Source of the DNA: Schizosaccharomyces osmophilus
Taxonomy: Eukaryota
Assembly: GCF_027921745.1 (NCBI RefSeq)
Contig: NC_079239.1
Location: forward strand, 2,356,001 to 2,420,000
DNA length: 64,000 nt
Direction: 5' to 3'
Shown piece after piece: positions 8,717 through 22,537 of this stretch. How positions within the stretch are numbered: position 1 is the first letter of the stretch; each line of letters opens with the position of its first letter. A program made the translations under genes and the position numbers. The notes under the pieces were generated by a model. The model worked only from the letters and a program-made list of their open reading frames with translations. It had not been told where the DNA came from and ran no database searches.

Positions 8717-11700
8717 ATGTCGGTTTCAAGAAGTTCAGAGTCGAACAAATCTAATAATGAAAAAGATAATGAGAGCATACTTGTCGATAAGCTATCAACG
8801 AGTAGCGTCGAGAATCCAGAAAAAGTTGTCGATGTTGTAAAAGATCCTTTTGAACAGTATACCCCAGAAGAGCGCGAAATTCTGTATCGTCAGGTGAATG
8901 ATACCGAGGCTAATTTAGCAGGGTATATGCGAATTGTTACATGTGGTGATAAATGGGATTATTTGCTTCAGTTGGCTGGCTGTATCACCTCTATTGGTGC
9001 TGGCCTTGGTATGCCCTTGATGTCTCTTGTCGCTGGTAAATTAGCCAAAGCTTTTACCGATCTTGCAAGCGGTCGTGGTGCTGAAACCTTCCAACACGAC
9101 GTTAACCATTTTGTATTGTATTTTATTTATATTGCTGTCGGTGTTTTTGGATGTTCTTATATCTATACAGTCACATTTATCGTATCTGGTGAACGGATTT
9201 CTCGTCGCATTCGCCAACAATATCTGCATGCGGTCCTCGGTCAAAACATCGGTTACTTTGATCGTCTCGGTGCAGGCGAAATTACCACTCGTATTACTAG
9301 TGACACAAATTACATTCAAGATGGTTTGGGTGAGAAGGTTGGCTTGGTGCTTTTTGCTCTTGCGACATTTCTGTCTGGATTCGTCATTGCCTTCATTCGG
9401 CATTGGAAGTTTACCCTTATTATCAGTTCCATGCTGTTGGCAATCCTTGGTGGAATTGCTCTCGGCGTAAAATTTATAACGAAGTTTACGAAAGCTCAGA
9501 TTGCCCAGCTATCCAGTTCTAGTACTTTTGTTGAAGAGGTTTTATCTAATATACGTAATGCATTCGCTTTTGGTACTCAGAACTTGTTAGCCGATTCTTA
9601 TACGAAATTTTTGAACCCCGCCAAACGCAATGGCATCAAGAAATCCATCGTTATGGGACTCATGATCGGATGGATGTTTTTTGTTGCTTATGGTGCTTAT
9701 GGCCTTGCTTTTTGGGAAGGTGGTCGTCTTTTGCATGCTGGAGATCTGACTGTCGACAAAATGATCAGTTGTTTGTTTGCTGTTCTAATTGCGTCTTATA
9801 GTTTGGCAAATATATCTCCAAAAATGCAAGCCTTCGTGAATTGCTCGTCAGCGGCTAAAAAGATCTTTGACACGATTGACCGAGCGAGTCCAATTGACGC
9901 CTTTTCGCCCGCTGGTAAAGCTATTCAACATGTTAATGGAGCAATTGAGTTGAAGAATGTAAAGTTCGTATACCCCACGAGACCTGAAGTTGTAGTTCTA
10001 GACAACTTTTCTTTGCTGTGCCCGGCAGGCAAAATTACTGCTCTTGTTGGTGCGAGTGGTAGCGGAAAGTCCACTATAGTAGGTCTCGTAGAGCGATTCT
10101 ATGATCCTATTGCAGGACAGGTTATGTTGGATGGTGAAGACATCCGAGATTTAAACATTGCATCTTTACGCGGCTATATTTCTCTAGTACAGCAGGAGCC
10201 CGTTCTGTTTGGAGCTACCGTTTTTGACAATATTGCTTATGGATTGACTGACGACATTCAATCAACAATGACCGAGGATGAACTGCGAGAGCGCGTTTAC
10301 GATGCTGCCAGGACCGCAAATGCTTATGATTTTATTATGACTTTGACCGAACAATTTAATACGAATGTAGGCCAGCGCGGCTTTTTAATGTCGGGTGGAC
10401 AAAAACAAAGAATTGCAATTGCCAGAGCTATTATTAGTGATCCTAAAATTCTACTTCTGGATGAAGCGACAAGTGCTTTAGATTCGAAAAGTGAAGTCCT
10501 TGTTCAAAAGGCTCTAGACAATGCTTCTAGATCTCGCACAACAATTGTCATTGCTCATCGTTTATCAACAATCCGCAATGCCGATAACATCGTAGTAGTC
10601 AATAGTGGAAAGATTGTTGAACAGGGAACACACTCCGATTTATTAGCTTTAAATGGAGCTTATGCCAAATTAGTTGAAGTGCAGCAACTCGCTGAAACGA
10701 ATAACGATGATGTTACCTTTGAGTCAGGAGAAGAGAAAGCTGGCGAAATTGTTCATACGACTGCACAAGATGAAAGTGATAGCTCTTCGATCCCCAATTC
10801 ATTCTCTTTAATACATGAAAAAGAAAACGATGCAGTTTCGCTTCGCGATAATCCACTTGCTCACTTGCCAATCGATCCCGTTCCGGATTTGCCAAACAAA
10901 ACTATGGACAGTTTAAACGAGGAAATCCCGAGTGCACAGCTTGAGGGTACCGCGACTAACATCAGCTCTTGGAAAGCATTGATTTTTATTCATTCTTTTG
11001 TTGATGGTACTTTAGAAATTGTGTGTCTTATTATTGGTGTGTTAGCATCCATGGTTTGTGGGGCCGCATATCCCGTACAAGCAGTGGTGTATGCCAGATT
11101 TTTGAATATCTTTACAGAGTTGAATTCGCCGGATTACTTCCATAAAATTAGCATTTTTGGTGTTTACTGGTTGATCCTTGCCATTGCAGAATTTTTCGGT
11201 TATTCTATAAGTGAGTATTCTATGTCTTATGTGCTGCAGTCTGTTTTACAACGTATTCGCTGGCATCTCTTCCGTACCCTCCTTCGTCAAGATGTCGAAT
11301 TCTTTGACCGTACTGAGAATACTGTAGGTGCTTTGACTACTTCACTCTCAACTTCCATTCAGAACCTAGAAGGACTGACAGGATCTACTCTTGGGACATT
11401 TGTGCAGATTCTAACAAACGTAGTCTCTGTTTCAATTCTTTCACTGGCCACCGGATGGAAGCTGGCTTTGGTTACATTAGCTACTTCCCCTGTTATAATT
11501 ACGGCTGGTTATTATCGGGTTGCTGCATTGGATCAAATTCAGGATAAATTGTCAACCTCTTACAAAACGTCTGCTGCATATGCTTGTGAATCTACATCAG
11601 CCATTAGAACAGTTGCCAGTCTTACGAGAGAATCGAAGGTATATGAAAATTACTGTGCATCGTTGGTCCAACCTGGTAGAGAAACAGCCATATCTTCTTT

Positions 11701-12733
11701 AATATCTGGTTTGTTCTTTTCTGCGTCGCAAGCGGTTACATTTTTGGTCAATGCGCTGGCGTTTTGGTACGGTGCTACATTGATGAAAACAGGCGAATAT
11801 ACTTTAGTCCAATTTTATACCTGCTTTATTGCTATTGTTTTCGGTATCCAGCAAGCTGGACAATTTTTGGGCTATGCAGCTGATGTTACGAAAGCTAAAT
11901 CGAGCGCTGGATCGATTAAGTATTTGTGTGATAGTAGACCAAAAATTGATACCTGGTCTGAAGGAGGACGAAAAATTGAATCTTTGGAAGATTCTTCCAT
12001 TGTGTTTAATGATGTAAAATTTCGGTACCCTACGAGAAAGCACATCCAGGTACTCCGTGGTCTCAATTTGACGGTTACACCTGGTCAATTTGTTGCTTTT
12101 GTGGGTGCTTCAGGATGCGGTAAGTCAACGACGATTGGCTTAATTGAACGCTTTTATGACTGTGAAAGCGGGGCTGTAGAAGTTGGAGGTATCGATATCC
12201 GTGACTACAACATTAATGATTACCGTAAGCAGATAGCTCTTGTATCGCAAGAGCCAACCTTGTACCAGGGTACTATTCGAGAGAATATAGTCCTTGGTGC
12301 TTCGAGAGATGTCACGGATGAAAACATTTATGAATGCTGTAAGATGGCAAATATTCATGACTTTATTATGGGGTTGCCTAATGGATATGAAACACTTTCA
12401 GGACAGAAAGGGTCTTCTTTGTCTGGTGGGCAGAAACAAAGAATTGCTATTGCTCGTGCCTTGATTCGAAATCCTAAAATTTTACTGCTAGACGAGGCAA
12501 CCAGCGCTTTGGACAGTCATAGTGAAAAGGTAGTACAAGAAGCTTTGAACAAAGCGTCTGAGGGACGTACTACAGTAGCCATTGCTCATCGCTTATCATC
12601 TATACAGCATGCTGATTGTATCTTTGTATTTGATGGAGGTGTAATTGCTGAGGCTGGTACACACAATGAACTTGTGAACAAGCGTGGCCGTTATTATGAA
12701 CTTGTGGTTGAACAAGGTCTTGGTACGGATTAG
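8717..12733 (+). CDS. pmd1: ABCB/MDR P-glycoprotein-type transporter (leptomycin efflux transporter Pmd1)
   Basis: 1338 aa with TMD-NBD-TMD-NBD layout, Walker A GASGSGKST and GASGCGKST, SGGQKQR signatures, ILLLDEATSALD. Confidence 0.92.
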   Translation: MSVSRSSESNKSNNEKDNESILVDKLSTSSVENPEKVVDVVKDPFEQYTPEEREILYRQVNDTEANLAGYMRIVTCGDKWDYLLQLAGCITSIGAGLGMPLMSLVAGKLAKAFTDLASGRGAETFQHDVNHFVLYFIYIAVGVFGCSYIYTVTFIVSGERISRRIRQQYLHAVLGQNIGYFDRLGAGEITTRITSDTNYIQDGLGEKVGLVLFALATFLSGFVIAFIRHWKFTLIISSMLLAILGGIALGVKFITKFTKAQIAQLSSSSTFVEEVLSNIRNAFAFGTQNLLADSYTKFLNPAKRNGIKKSIVMGLMIGWMFFVAYGAYGLAFWEGGRLLHAGDLTVDKMISCLFAVLIASYSLANISPKMQAFVNCSSAAKKIFDTIDRASPIDAFSPAGKAIQHVNGAIELKNVKFVYPTRPEVVVLDNFSLLCPAGKITALVGASGSGKSTIVGLVERFYDPIAGQVMLDGEDIRDLNIASLRGYISLVQQEPVLFGATVFDNIAYGLTDDIQSTMTEDELRERVYDAARTANAYDFIMTLTEQFNTNVGQRGFLMSGGQKQRIAIARAIISDPKILLLDEATSALDSKSEVLVQKALDNASRSRTTIVIAHRLSTIRNADNIVVVNSGKIVEQGTHSDLLALNGAYAKLVEVQQLAETNNDDVTFESGEEKAGEIVHTTAQDESDSSSIPNSFSLIHEKENDAVSLRDNPLAHLPIDPVPDLPNKTMDSLNEEIPSAQLEGTATNISSWKALIFIHSFVDGTLEIVCLIIGVLASMVCGAAYPVQAVVYARFLNIFTELNSPDYFHKISIFGVYWLILAIAEFFGYSISEYSMSYVLQSVLQRIRWHLFRTLLRQDVEFFDRTENTVGALTTSLSTSIQNLEGLTGSTLGTFVQILTNVVSVSILSLATGWKLALVTLATSPVIITAGYYRVAALDQIQDKLSTSYKTSAAYACESTSAIRTVASLTRESKVYENYCASLVQPGRETAISSLISGLFFSASQAVTFLVNALAFWYGATLMKTGEYTLVQFYTCFIAIVFGIQQAGQFLGYAADVTKAKSSAGSIKYLCDSRPKIDTWSEGGRKIESLEDSSIVFNDVKFRYPTRKHIQVLRGLNLTVTPGQFVAFVGASGCGKSTTIGLIERFYDCESGAVEVGGIDIRDYNINDYRKQIALVSQEPTLYQGTIRENIVLGASRDVTDENIYECCKMANIHDFIMGLPNGYETLSGQKGSSLSGGQKQRIAIARALIRNPKILLLDEATSALDSHSEKVVQEALNKASEGRTTVAIAHRLSSIQHADCIFVFDGGVIAEAGTHNELVNKRGRYYELVVEQGLGTD

Positions 12734-13007
12734 AAAAAGTAAAAAATAAAAAAAAATAACCGATTAAAGCAACTACTTTTGTCAATTCATCCATATGTAA
12801 ACGTTTATTTGTATTGTTACCGCATATATCCAATGTCACCTAGTCGAAAATGGCGTTGGTTTGAAGGTGTCTGCTATTTAGAAAGAACGTCATTACCAAG
12901 CACGCCGACTTAAACAGGAATCAAGTAAATAGTCTTGCTATATTCAGTGAAGAATTTCTCTTTATTTATTTATTTTATTCTTTATATTTTAAATCGCTCC
13001 TTTCACC

Positions 13008-16000
13008 ATGTTGGAAGGATTGCTAGCGAGTATGTATTGCCTGACATAGCATAACTTGAATCATGGGTTGACTGCTAACAAATTATTTCTTTAGACTTTT
13101 TAAACAGGCTGTTGGGAGAGTATATTGAAAATTTTGATGCGACACAATTAAAGGTCGGTGTTTGGAATGGTGATGTTACTTTACAAAATTTACAGTTAAA
13201 ACGAGATGTAAGTGTTACGAATAAAGCTCCTTTTATATAACTTCTTCAACGATTCTAATACTGGTAACCTTAGGCCCTGAGAAAACTGGAACTTCCGATT
13301 TCTGTTCAGTATGGTTTAGTCGAAAGCCTGAAACTTAAAATCCCTTGGTCCAGTCTTAAGAATAGACCTGTGGAGATATATATTGAAGGGATCCGTGCTC
13401 TAGCAGCTATGGATGAGTCTCCTACTGTAAGTATTTCTCCTAATCTAAACAATTGATCTTTTATTCAGTTTCTACGAGAAATTGATTCTCGGTCAATTGA
13501 CTATATTCTATCTTAAATTTCTTCGTACTGACCCTGCTAGATAAGCAAAAAGGAAGATTCTTCGCAGCAATTGGAGGCCAAACGACGAGAAATGGAGCTG
13601 TGGGAAGCAGCACAGGTTGGAACGGCTGAGACTAATGATGACCCAAATGCCCAAACCTTTACAGAATCTCTAGTTACTCGTATGATTGATAACATACAGC
13701 TCAATATTCGAGATATTCATATTCGTTTTGAGCATCCATCTGAGAATCTCAGTGACGGATATTCTTTTGGCTTACTACTTTCCGAATTCTCTATTTCATC
13801 TTGTAACGATGAATGGAAGCCGATGTTTATCGAAACAGAATCAAAAACGATTCATAAGTTATGCTCGCTACAAAAGCTTGCTGTATATTCTGACGAAACT
13901 TCTGAATGTATTTCCTCCAATGACTTTAATGATATGATAGGATTGTTTCACGTTTTACTTACTAATTTTGACCAAAGAGAAAAAGAATTTTTGATTTCCC
14001 CTATTATGGGCTCTGCAAAGGTGGCTATAAACAAAAACCCTACGCCAGAAATACCGCGATTTGTTAGTGATCTATCTTTTGAAGGGTTTGACTTGACAGT
14101 TAGTGACAATCACCTCACAAGGGGCATTTCGTTAAATAACGAATTTAACAAAATCCTCTCCAAAACCATTTTTCGTAGAAATGTGATAGGAGATGCTACT
14201 GTTAGCCAATCCTCAGAATACCTTCCGTTTGTCTTCAAAAAAGTACTCAGCGACATTCGGGAAAAGAATTATGTCAAATCTTGGCCTGCAATTAAGAGTT
14301 TTTGCGAGAGAAGAAAAGCATACATTCATTTGTATAGGCAAAAGTTTCTCGCAACGATTTTATCCCCCGAAGAAACAAGTCAGTTGGATAATTTGGAACT
14401 TAGCTTCAGTGTAAGCCAATTGAAATTATTTCGCTCCATTGCATACAAAGAAATTAAAAATGAAGGGATCGAACCAAAAGGTCAAAAGCAACAAGGCTGG
14501 ACTTCATGGATGTGGAATAGTTTTAAGGGTGCTTCCGACGAAGCGGGCGAAATTACGGACGATCAAAAGCAAAGAGTTATAAACGCAATTGGATTAAGCG
14601 AGACTACGCTCAGCCCTTCTAGTTTTACAGAAAACCCTTCCAATGCTGCTTTATTTGATATCACACTCAGCGTTCCCTCCGGAAGTTTTTCTTTGAAAAG
14701 TACCGCGGAAAATTGTAAAATTATATCTTTGGAGTTATCTGAGTTTACTTTGAATTTGCTGGGTACATATCAAACCCACAAGTTAGATCTTGTATTGGGT
14801 TCTCTCAGGCTTTTTAATGATAAACGCTCTCTGCTGTACACGAGAAGTAAATCCTCTTCTCTCGATGCAGAAGCATCTTCCCCGTTGTTCCACATGACAT
14901 TCGAAAACCGATTTTCTAATGAAGATGATCAGGACATTTTGAAACTTAATCTTCGAACATTGGAATTTTTCCATGATCAACCTTGCCTCATCAAAGTTAA
15001 AAAGCTTTTGGACGACTCTTTATTTACTAATGAAGGAGGAGCTCAGTTACTTCAATTTGCAAATAGCGCTGTTACAGACCTGACTTCACAAACCGTTCAA
15101 AATTTACGAAACTACATGAATGAAAAACGAAAGCTTATTCTTGATGTACAGCTTCAAGCACCATTAATAATTTTACCCGAAAACGTTGAAAAACAAGATA
15201 CAGAATCTCTTGTGATTGACTCAGGGCTCATCTCTGTTAAAACAAGTTCCTTAGATCAATATAAAGAAGGTGAAGCGACAAAAGAGGAAGAAATTCAAAA
15301 TCTTATATATGATAATTATCTGCTTTCCCTTGAGTCAGCACAAATTTCTTTAGGACCGCTCTCTCATATTCATAGTGAAAGACATGAGATGGATGAAAAG
15401 TATCAGATATTGAAGGAATCTTCTATCAATTTGAATGTCTCTATACAGAGTGTTCCTTCTCCTAACTTTCCGAGAATCCGAGTTTCTGGTGAAATGTCTG
15501 ATTTGTTATTCAAAATTTCTGATGCACAGTATGCTGTTTTGAATAATCTCAAATCTTCTTTTCTGAGTAATGAGTCATATACATCGTCCTCTAATCAAAG
15601 GAACTCTCTTCAGTCATCAAAATCATTTGTTTCACAGGATAGCAATTATAATTTCCAAATAAAGGAAGAGAATGCCCCACCGGAATTGAAATATTTCTGT
15701 GAATTTAATTTATCATTAAACGGAATGATTATTATCCTTATGAGAGAAAGCGGCTATGCTCAGCAGTCTCCGATGGCGTCTTTGGAATTGGGTCAACTTA
15801 CTGTCTCGTACAATCAATATGATACTGAACAAAAAGCAGAGATGTCTCTTAGTTCCATGAAAGTGAATGATTTAACGACGGATAATTGTGGCGTTGCTAA
15901 TCACCAAATTTTTGAATGCAAATCGTCTAACGACAATAACATAAAAGAGAAATACCCATTAACGATTGAGTATGCTCTTAAATTCGATCCTTCGTCAAAT

Positions 16001-19000
16001 CTTGAAAGTAGCACCACCATAAATTTTGTCTGTTCTAATGGCAACTTCTCTCTTGCTAAGTACCCAATACTATCTTTGCTGGAGTATTCATCTTCTTTCA
16101 TTGGTACGAGCAACAATAATCAGGATACCGAGTTTAAGAAAGAGCCGTCTTCTGAAGTGTCAGGTAAGACAAATGTGACTTTTAGCATACATAGGCTCGG
16201 ACTAGAACTATTCGATTCGTATGAGGAACATCCGATATGCCTTAATATATTTAATATCCATTCAAGTTTTGATACTGCTATCAATTACTGGGAACTACAA
16301 TCTCGCATTGAGAATCTTGACATTCGTGCTTGGAACGAAAAGAAAAATGAAACGATTTCATTAATTGATTCCAAAAACGATCAGTTCTTGGACTTACATT
16401 ACAAAATGCAACAGGCCGAAAAGAAAGATCACTCTCCTCAAGCAAAGCTTGATATAAAAATGGGATCTTTCTTAATGATATGTCGTCGGCAACCCGTTGT
16501 TGATATTCTTAATTTCTTTTCTGATTTTATACAGTTGAAAACTGTGGTTGAATCTGCAAAATACTTAGCTGAAACGGGATCACTCCAAGCGGAACAGGGT
16601 ACCAATTTTGATATAAATATACATATTTCAAACCCCATATTCCGAATCCCTCTTAGCTTGGATAATGGCTTGCAAGCTTACGTTGACGTATTACCCGGTA
16701 GGTTTTCTACGAGAACTATATCTTGGTTACCAAACTTGGCGATTGAATTGTTGTCGTCAGAAACGACGATAAAGACCATTTTTTGCGCAACTTCACCAGA
16801 AAAGGTTGATATCGAACTTGACGTTCTTAAAAACTTGAACGTGGGGTTAAAAATAGCGGTTCTACAAGAAATGAAGGGAAATATAACTAATTATGGCATA
16901 CAAATTGATGGTGAGACAAGCGATTTTTCTTTCCAGCTTTCACAAGCTCAGTACTTTACATTTCTTGAGTTGGTATATGAGGCCCCTAAAGCACTGAGTA
17001 TAAAAGATGCATTCTCTTCAAATTTGGATGCGGGATCTGTATTTTCTGTACTTTCTGATGAACTCTATAATGTTGAGGTAATTAACAAAGCTATATCTCA
17101 CTTTAGTCAAAATACTAGCTCTAGCCTAAATCTAAACTTGCGTCTTCCAAGGGTTAGCTTGAATTTATTCGACGGAAATTTTGAGACTGGAAGTGATTTG
17201 CTAAAACCACTTTCTAGATTCATTTTGAATGACACGAAGATGACTTCTAGCTATAGTTTTGAAAACGGCGTCTCCGCAAAGCTAACTATGAACTCGTTTG
17301 CTGTCGAGGATGTTCGAATGGAAAAGTCTGAACACTTTTCTAGTCTTATATTGCCATCTCAGGAAAATGAAACCCAATTTTGTTTTACTATTACTTGGAA
17401 ACCTAATAGCAACAATATTCTTTTGGAAGGAGATTTATACCAGTCTCTTTATGTTCTCTCATTAGACCATCTTCTTTCAATTTTTTATTGCTTTGGAGGT
17501 CATGATTTTGCCGGAAAGACATCTGCGAGTAATGATGATTTGGTAACCAACAAAGGATCTGACAAAGAAGTCCATGAAAACGAAAAGCCCCTTTCATATT
17601 CACTTAGATTTGACGTTACACAAACTTCCCTGGTTTTTGTTGCGGATGCTTCCAATTCAAATTCTCAGTGTTTAATCGCAAGAATAGGGCATGTCAGCTT
17701 AGCGAGGCAAATGTCGTATTCATTAACTATACAAGATATGGGTTTGTTTGTTTCTCAAATGAATAAATTACACAGTGGTGTGCAGATACTTGAAAATTTT
17801 AGTTTCGGATTTGGTTTAGTGCAAAGTTCTTCCGGTCAATGTACCTCTAGCGCTTGTTTGGATATCGATCCATTAATATTTCGTATTTCGATATATGATT
17901 TGCTTTTAATAAAAAGTATAATTGAGTCTTCTACCCAGGTCATTTCTAAATACAAGCAGGATTCGAGCGCTATTACTTTAGGCTCAAGTGACATATCTGA
18001 CTTTATATCACAAGAAAATCCGAGACGAGAATCCCTAATGGCCATGCAGCAAAAAGCGGAAAAAACAGCGACTGATATATTGAATACTTTGGGAAATGCT
18101 TCTTTAACCACTGAGGAATTGACTTTTAACAGTGCTGGAATTCAGTTAGCATTGATCAGCGATGCCCACTCCTTGCCTGTTGTTGATATTGTGGTAGATG
18201 CGTTTATTGTGAACGTGAAGGACTGGAGTTCGAATTTCTCTGCTGCAACAACCCTTAAGGTTCAATGTAATGCTTTCAATTTCGCCAAGTCACATTGGGA
18301 ACCCCTTTTAGAACCTTGGTCTATAAGTTTATCTGGTCTTCAAAAAAATGGAACCAAAGAAATTAAGCTCGTATCTAAGGAAAGTGGGCAGTTTACTTTG
18401 ACGCCAATGATGATAATGGATTTCCATAGAATAATTAAGTATTATTTAACTAATCAAACCGGAGAAAATGAAAAACGCCCCGAAGGCCATCCATATGAAG
18501 TTTTAAACGAAACTGGCTACAATTTATCGGTGCATTATGGACATAAAGAGTCCCATGGAGATGAACACTTTAAGCTCGAGTCAGGAAAATCCAAGCTTTG
18601 TCGGTTCGAAGATAAGGAGACTTTGACGGCCGGATTGATAAATAAAGAAGAGGATATGTCGACAAAAATACGAGTTTCATTTGATGAAATTTGGTTTCCT
18701 GTTCATAATATATCCGTACATCGTGAAGGCTCTTTCTTATATGAATTAAAGCCCCGAGCCGAACGTCTTAATTTCCTTTTAGTGACAGTTGTTTTACTGG
18801 AAACTAATGTAAAAAGAATTATCCTTTCTTCCCCGTATTCGCTTGTTAACAGAACTAAGGAAGCCATTGAATTTGTATGTAATGACCAAGCGGGTCATCG
18901 CCAATCTTCGGTTGTAAGAATTGAACCACAAGAGACTGGCTACATCCCTCTTGATTTGGCAGCACTGTATCCTTTGAGGATTCGTCCGGTCTCAAAGTTA

Positions 19001-22000
19001 GGTTTTTTCTGGTCTAATCAGAGTGTATACTGGAAGTCACTGTTGAAGTCACCATTGCAATACTTATCATGCAAATCCAGTAAAACAGATTGGGAACATA
19101 CTTTTTTGGTTTTCTCAAGAAATTTAATGGAAGGTTCCATGGCTGATGCTTATCCTTTTATGCAATTAAATATTCTTCCTCCATTGCAGGTGCATAACCT
19201 CCTTCCATACGAAATTAAAGTTCGCATTCTAGAAAAAAATACTCGTAATGATTGGCGTTGTTGTCTTAAACCTGGTGATTCCCTTCCAATCCTGCATACA
19301 GATTCAAAGAGTCTTCTTTTGTTAGGTATTACTATTGCGGCGATTGATCTTCATTCACTTGAATTGCCCATAATATTTTCACCCATTGGAGCTTGGGAGT
19401 CTATCCAATCGACAGCGATGCTATCTTTTCCCAACAAGGAAAGAGTCAAATTAAATCTTCAGTACGACAAACTACCAGGAACGGATTACGTTTCTGACGT
19501 TAAAATTTATTCACCGTACTTAATGTATAATCGAACGGATGTCAAAATGCAGCTCTGGGATGAATACGACTCTTCGGTGACTAATATCATCCCTGGAGGT
19601 GGCTATACCAATGAAATATTGCCCTACTTCTTTTCGTTTAGGCAAGAAAACAGAAATAATCGTGCTGTTTTAAAAATGAAGGACTCTCAGTTGTTCCAAC
19701 CACTTAGTCTTGATACTTTAGGGTCATCTAGTGAAGTTAGAGTTGCGACAAACGATGGCCGAAAAACATATATATTAGGAGTATCAATTGGGGAATGTAC
19801 CGGAAAGTTCTGTTTATCAAAGACCGTAACTTTTACTCCCAGATATGTTTTCAGAAACAATTTGGATAGAACCTTGTGTTTGCGGCAATTCGGTAGCTCT
19901 GATATTTGGAATTTATTGCCTAAAGCATTGTATCCTGTTTATTTATTTATGAGTTCTGAAGAGGTTACCACCGTTACGGCCTTCCCAGGTACAAATAATT
20001 CTTGGTCTTCTGCTTTTTATACGAATAACCTTGGTATAACGCACATAAAAGTATATGAGCAAAAAGAAAATGGAAGCATATTGCCGGTTTTATTACGTGT
20101 TTCAGTATCGTTAAAAGATGCATCATTTTTTATAGCCTTCGATTTGGAAACCATAGCTTGGCCTTATAAAATAAAGAATAACTCTTCTTTGGATATCTTA
20201 TATGAACAGAAGAAACCGGATCCTTCAAGTTTCGAGGCAGTGTATACTCAAAATTTCAAGAAGAGTAAATATGTTATACAGGCCGGAGATGAAGCTGATT
20301 ATTGTTGGGACTTTCCTGCTTTAAAAGAAAAAAGACTTGAAGTTACAGCGGGGAATGCAGTACATGATTTGGACATATCGTCTGTTGGAGAGCTTAGCCC
20401 GTGGTTTTCTCAAGAGCTAAATACTAACAGCAGATTGGTACCTGAAATTTCTATTGCTGGTCTCACATCAATACTTACTTTCAAAGAAGTGGACGCGGAC
20501 CGACCTCCCCAGCTACCGCGCCGCAAAGGTTTGAGCAAGGAAGAAGAAAATAAGAATGAAACGAATTTTAAATTTGCTATGGACCTGAGTGGTGTTGGAT
20601 TATCTTTAATTAATGGTCAATATGAAGAGTTTGCCTATGCTACGCTACGAAATTTACTTGTCAGTTTTGATGAAAGCGCAGATTTGCATTCACTTTCTAT
20701 TTCATTGGGTTGGTTTCAAATCGATAATCAATTGCTGGATTCTTTGCACCCAATTGCATTATTTCCATCAGTGATTACTGAGGAGGTGAAAGAAGAAAAC
20801 CCAGAAGTATTGCAGTTCCGAATCTCTTCTTTGAAAGATTATGATTACGGTTTACTTTATGTAAAATATGCTTCCGTTCTTTTACAAGAGTTATCCCTTG
20901 AACTGGATGATCGTCTTGTGTATATGTTGTTACGACTTATATATCCATCCCTTGACGTCTCTCAAAGTTCTAAAAGTTTGAATGAAGATTCTTATAAGGA
21001 TCAGTTTGAGCTTCCCAATTTTGATGTGGATGCCTATCGAAACGATGTCTTCTTTGAAGCTCTGCATTTGCAGCCTACTATTCTCAATTTCACATTTGAG
21101 ACTTCAGGAGACATGGAAAATCAAATTATAAAAGTGAGGACTCCCAACTCAACCTTGGACTTTATGACAGGAGTTCTCATGGATACTTTGGGTAATATTC
21201 ATGATGCGCCCGTTCAGTTGAATTCCGTTTTATTGGAAAACGCTCGGGGAACTGTGTCTGAGCTGGTCTCCAAAATCTTCACTCATTACAAACAGCAAAT
21301 TGGATACCAAATGTATATGATTGCTGGTCGCGCGGACTTTTTAGGAAATCCCGTTGGACTGTTCAACAATTTTGCATCTGGTGTTTTCGACATGTTTTAT
21401 GAACCGTATCAAGGGTTTTTACTTCAGGATACTCAATCGATTGGAGATTCGCTTGCACGTGGTACCTCTAGCTTTATGAGGAAAACAATTTTTGGCGTTT
21501 CTGATAGTGTATCGAAACTTACTAATACATTTTCCAAAGGATTGTCCACGATGACAATGGATCCAAAGTATAAAATGTCAAGGCGCCGTTTTCGATCAAG
21601 AAACCGACCAAAGAAGGCAGCTTTTGGTATAACAGTTGGTGCAAATAGTTTTTATGATAGCATGAGCAGTGGTTTTGAAGGTCTTCGTCGGCCATTTACT
21701 GATCGAAAATCTGATAGTCCTGGTAAATTCTTGAAAGGATTTGGCAAGGGTGTTTTAGGACTGGCCACTAAGCCTGCTATAGGTCTCTTGGACATGACGA
21801 CTAACGTTTCAGAAGGTATACGCAATTCTACAGATGTTCGGGCAAATCCAGAAATCGATAAAGCTCGCATTCCTCGGTTTGTGGGTTTTGGTGGTTTGAT
21901 TCAGCCATACAAGGTTTATGAATCTTTTGGAATGTATTTGCTGGCTATGATAGCGAATGGCATTTATTCCAACGAAACATACCTTTACCACGCTGAGCTT

Positions 22001-22264
22001 AAGGATGAGAGAGTGCTGTTCATTAGCACTAGGCATTTTATTATTACGAGTTCAAACAACGAGGTCGAAACAGTACTTTCTGTCAAAAAGGTGAAGAATT
22101 TGAGATTCTCCGAAAATGAAATGGTATGCTCCATGTATGATATGTCAACGTTGCGCCTGCCACTTCCAAACGATGATAAAAAGAAGGACAGATGCATGAA
22201 AGAAGCCAATAGAGCATATGTTGAATCTCATCGTTTACGCTTGAAAAACGTTGAATCGTTTTAG
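13008..22264 (+). CDS. vps1302: Vps13/chorein lipid transfer protein; exons 13008-13029, 13095-13207, 13274-13426, 13541-22264
   Basis: Spliced N-terminus MLEGLLA..LNRLLGEYIENFD..QLKVGVWNGDV (chorein_N), IDNIQLNIRDIHIRFE, FNFAKSHWEPLLEPW, WFQIDNQL, DFLGNPVGLF. Paralog name inferred from neighbouring genes. Confidence 0.92.
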
Positions 22265-22446
22265 AGTCTACAGTACAACCCTACTCCTTGTTGTCAACAA
22301 TCCGAGTATGATTTCCAATTTTTAATTTTTGATGATTCTATTTACAGATATATACACACCTTTACATATGAGTAATGATTTAATAAATACTGAGATGAAA
22401 TGATTATAACAATATACTTTGTTACCGACGAATGTTGAATGTGTCT

Positions 22447-22454
22447 TTGTTTAC
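22447..22454 (-). promoter_or_regulatory. FLEX (Mei4/forkhead) element upstream of spo2
   Basis: TTGTTTAC (= GTAAACAA) about 85 bp upstream of the spo2 ATG, which fits a mid-meiotic gene. Confidence 0.55.
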
Positions 22455-22537
22455 ATGTATATTCCAACCTCTTCCATACTGCAAATTTTCGTAACAACAT
22501 AAAAAATTGGACTGGGAAATCTAATTTAATTTCAATA

